Below are positions 61,385 to 64,000 of a stretch of DNA of 64,000 bases, piece by piece. The notes beneath the pieces are model-generated. The model did no database searches and was not told the origin of the DNA. It saw only the letters and a list, made by a program, of their open reading frames with translations. Source of the stretch: Phyllosticta citribraziliensis (lineage: Eukaryota); assembly GCF_038025025.1 (NCBI RefSeq), contig NW_027117354.1:62001-126000 (forward strand), in the 5' to 3' direction. The stretch's first letter is position 1. Every line of letters begins with the position of its first letter. A program made the translations under genes and the position numbers.

Positions 61385-61676
61385 ATGCCATTCGACTTCG
61401 GAAGAATAGTCAAAATTCTGGAGGAGGCCCGTGAGTAGACCGCCGACCGCGAGGCTTTCCTAGCAAAGTACGACCACGTTTCTGACAGCGAAGCTGGTAC
61501 GTCAAATAATACTCGGCACGTAGCACACACTGACCATGGTAGAAGATGCCGAGCAAAAGAAGGGCGAGAAGAGCTGTAAGGCCTGCGCGGAGAAGGACAA
61601 GAAGATTGAGAGGCTCAAGGAAGCCTTGGCCAAGGCCAACGCCTCGGCTGGCAGCGCCACCAAAGGCGACAAGTAA
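61385..61676 (+). CDS. Small orphan CxxC/coiled-coil protein; one splice form carries an in-frame TAG
   Basis: 5'UTR intron 61331-61383, ATG 61385. Donors at 61431 (GTGAGT) or 61497 (GTACGT), acceptor at 61542. Last exon DAEQKKGEKSCKACAEKDKKIERLKEALAKAN...DK*. Confidence 0.5.
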
Positions 61677-61952
61677 ATCGAGAAAGGAAATTCAATTGAG
61701 TCCGGTCTCTCCGTTTGCATTTTCGGTCAGTGTAGTCAAGGGTCAATAGCCCACTGTGACTTTTGTATGGAAGCGGAACATCAACTGGAATTGAAGTGAA
61801 TCGTTGACAATCTCGAATGCGATTGAAACCCGGCGGAATGGCTTTATTTACATGAGGAACGCTCTTCTACTATCGCGAGAATAGTTGGAGCGTGACAAAT
61901 TTGCATTTCTGAAGCCCATGACAACCCATCGACCCACTCTTCGACTGTTTCC

Positions 61953-62806
61953 CTAACCCACGCCATCCAACGCCGTGGGACCTTGGTTCTCATCAGCCAT
62001 GTCCTCCAGGCGCTGATATGTGCCGACGAGCGTGGTAAGCGCGATGCTGTACTCCGAGACAAGTCTCACGAGCCTGAAATGGAAGTTCTGACAGAGACCC
62101 TCAACGTGATAGTGAGCCTGAGTAAACTGGGCGCGCGACTTCACGAGTTCCTTGACAGCGTCCTTGCCGCGGGTCTCGATTGCGTGAGGGTTCTCGACGC
62201 TCAGGATCTCCAACAGTTCCAGCTCACTCGCGATAGGCTTGATCTCTTGGGCGTACGTGTCAACGAGGGCACCCATGGTGGAGACCGCGTCACGCAACTC
62301 ATGAAAGTGGGCTGTAAGGGCGTTTTCGCACATGTTGTAGGCGTGCGTCTGGGCGATGCTGTCGTTCATGATTTTGTCTGCCATCTCAGATGCAGCGTCG
62401 CACCTTTCTGACTCGTAGATCTGCTTGAACATGTCGAGGGCGTTGTCGTACGAAGGCTTGGGGCTCCACATGATCTTGGCGAAATCGCGGTTGAGCTTTT
62501 TCTGGCGGAGGGCGTCCATTATCTTGCCGTGGTTGGAGTTCGCTCTGTGCATGGCTTCTCGGCGGGACGAATCGCCTTCGTGAAGGAGGTTAAATACGGC
62601 ATCAAACGTGTCGGTGACGACGGCGACGGCGCGACCGTTGCACTCTTCGATAGTTTTGGTGTATGCTTCGACATTGTCGGCGAGAACTTGAAAGTCCTCG
62701 GGAGCGTTCATTCCCAGTTCCGAGATATTGGCATTCAATGTGTCCTGATAAATTCAGTGTCCAAGCCCAAACAACATGAGGAAAAAGGACGTACTGGATC
62801 GGCCAT
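61953..62806 (-). CDS. Orphan all-alpha-helical protein (~267 aa)
   Basis: Micro-exon MADP (62795-62806), intron 62745-62794, then a 261-codon open frame with amphipathic helical pattern and coding-like codon use. Confidence 0.7.
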
Positions 62807-64000
62807 GGCGGAGCGTGGAGGCTCGAGGAGTTGTAAGGGTATTCTTCTGACAGGGTGCACTGGCGCACTCGTTGATTGAGACTGAAGAGTCGAAAGAGAA
62901 TCGTGGTTTGTTTCCGTGGCGTGGGCGCAGAGAATGTGGCTGTTGACGAGAGACCGTCCGGAGGTATACAGGCGCACGGGCTATCGCCGTGCAAGCTGGA
63001 CGTTGAATTGATAAGGATGAGATGGAACTTGGAAAAGATAACAGTGGCTCCGGAAGGTGTAAGTTTTCTGATTTTCTGTGTGGCCTGCGCCAAAAGTGAG
63101 TGAAAATTAACACTTCTATTTCACCTCGACCGCCCGTGATACAGTGTGGTCGGCAACTCAACGCAACGCAATACACGCCTCAATTACGTCGCAATGTCCT
63201 TTACGCATTGTTTAGCCAATATAATAAAGATCAGATTCGGGGTGGGCCGGCGAAATGAACTGCCAAAAAGCTACTCAAGACTGCCCTTAAGTAGTTCGCG
63301 CAACTTGGCAACGCAGTTCAATCAACCAGGGGTATGTGATTGACTGATTGCCCAAGCCAGCAGGTGCCTCATGGATTGAATTGCGTTCCGTTGAGCAATT
63401 CAATTGCACAACTGGTTGAGTTGTCGTCCACACTGCCCGCGTCTGATGAATCTTCTAACAAACGTTAGACGCGAAATTCAGCCAGCCGAACGTCGCAGCG
63501 GTGCCTTTCTAGCGGTCAAACTTACCTCCGCAGTCACCTCGCTTCAACAACAACAACAACCTCCACTTCCATCCACCGCCATCTCTTCTCGCCCTCTGCT
63601 TGCCGCGCCGCGTCTGCTTTCCAAGGGCTTCCATTGCGCCTCTTCCTCGTACGCCACCCAGTGAGAACGCATGGTGCACTTCAAACTAACAGATGTCTCT
63701 CAAGCCAACGGCCAATCGGACGCAACGTCATCTCATCATCGTGGTGGAACACTACTGTCGCGTCCCCTCAATCGCTCTGCATTCGCTTTTATCGCCTCTT
63801 TCCCAGCGCTACCCCTCATCTTCTCGGACACCATGGAAACTGATGTCATGGCCAAAAATACACCAACTCCGTTTCACACTGGCTTTTCGAGGCACAAGAC
63901 AGGCTACCTGAGGTGTATTTATGACGTCGTGGGGTTGCAAAACATAACCGACATCATCCCAGCATCTATTGCGCAGAAGAACCCGTCAGGAACTCCATAT

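Overview
Eukaryotic, intron-rich, GC-rich and microsatellite-rich fungal DNA from a filamentous ascomycete. A Dothideomycete is my inference from gene style; it is not proven. Positions 1-55.7 kb hold mostly conserved genes: Vps3/TGFBRAP1-like, COY1/CASP, a DUF3455 secreted protein, SPT14/PIG-A, DBP6, an aspergillopepsin-like protease, SEC65/SRP19, a class III aminotransferase, a LAMMER kinase, MIS12, a choline kinase, an ELO-family elongase, an AIM3-like Pro-rich protein, APC10, a PTH11-like membrane protein, an 11-knuckle CCHC (CnjB-like) protein and an STL1-like sugar porter, plus a few orphans. Positions 55.7-64 kb look accessory. They contain several small spliced orphan coiled-coil/charged genes, some interrupted by single in-frame TAA/TAG codons, and two related 33-bp minisatellites. 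I could not support any tRNA, rRNA, CRISPR array or intact transposon. All product calls come from my recognition of motifs and hand-traced splice sites, not from database searches.
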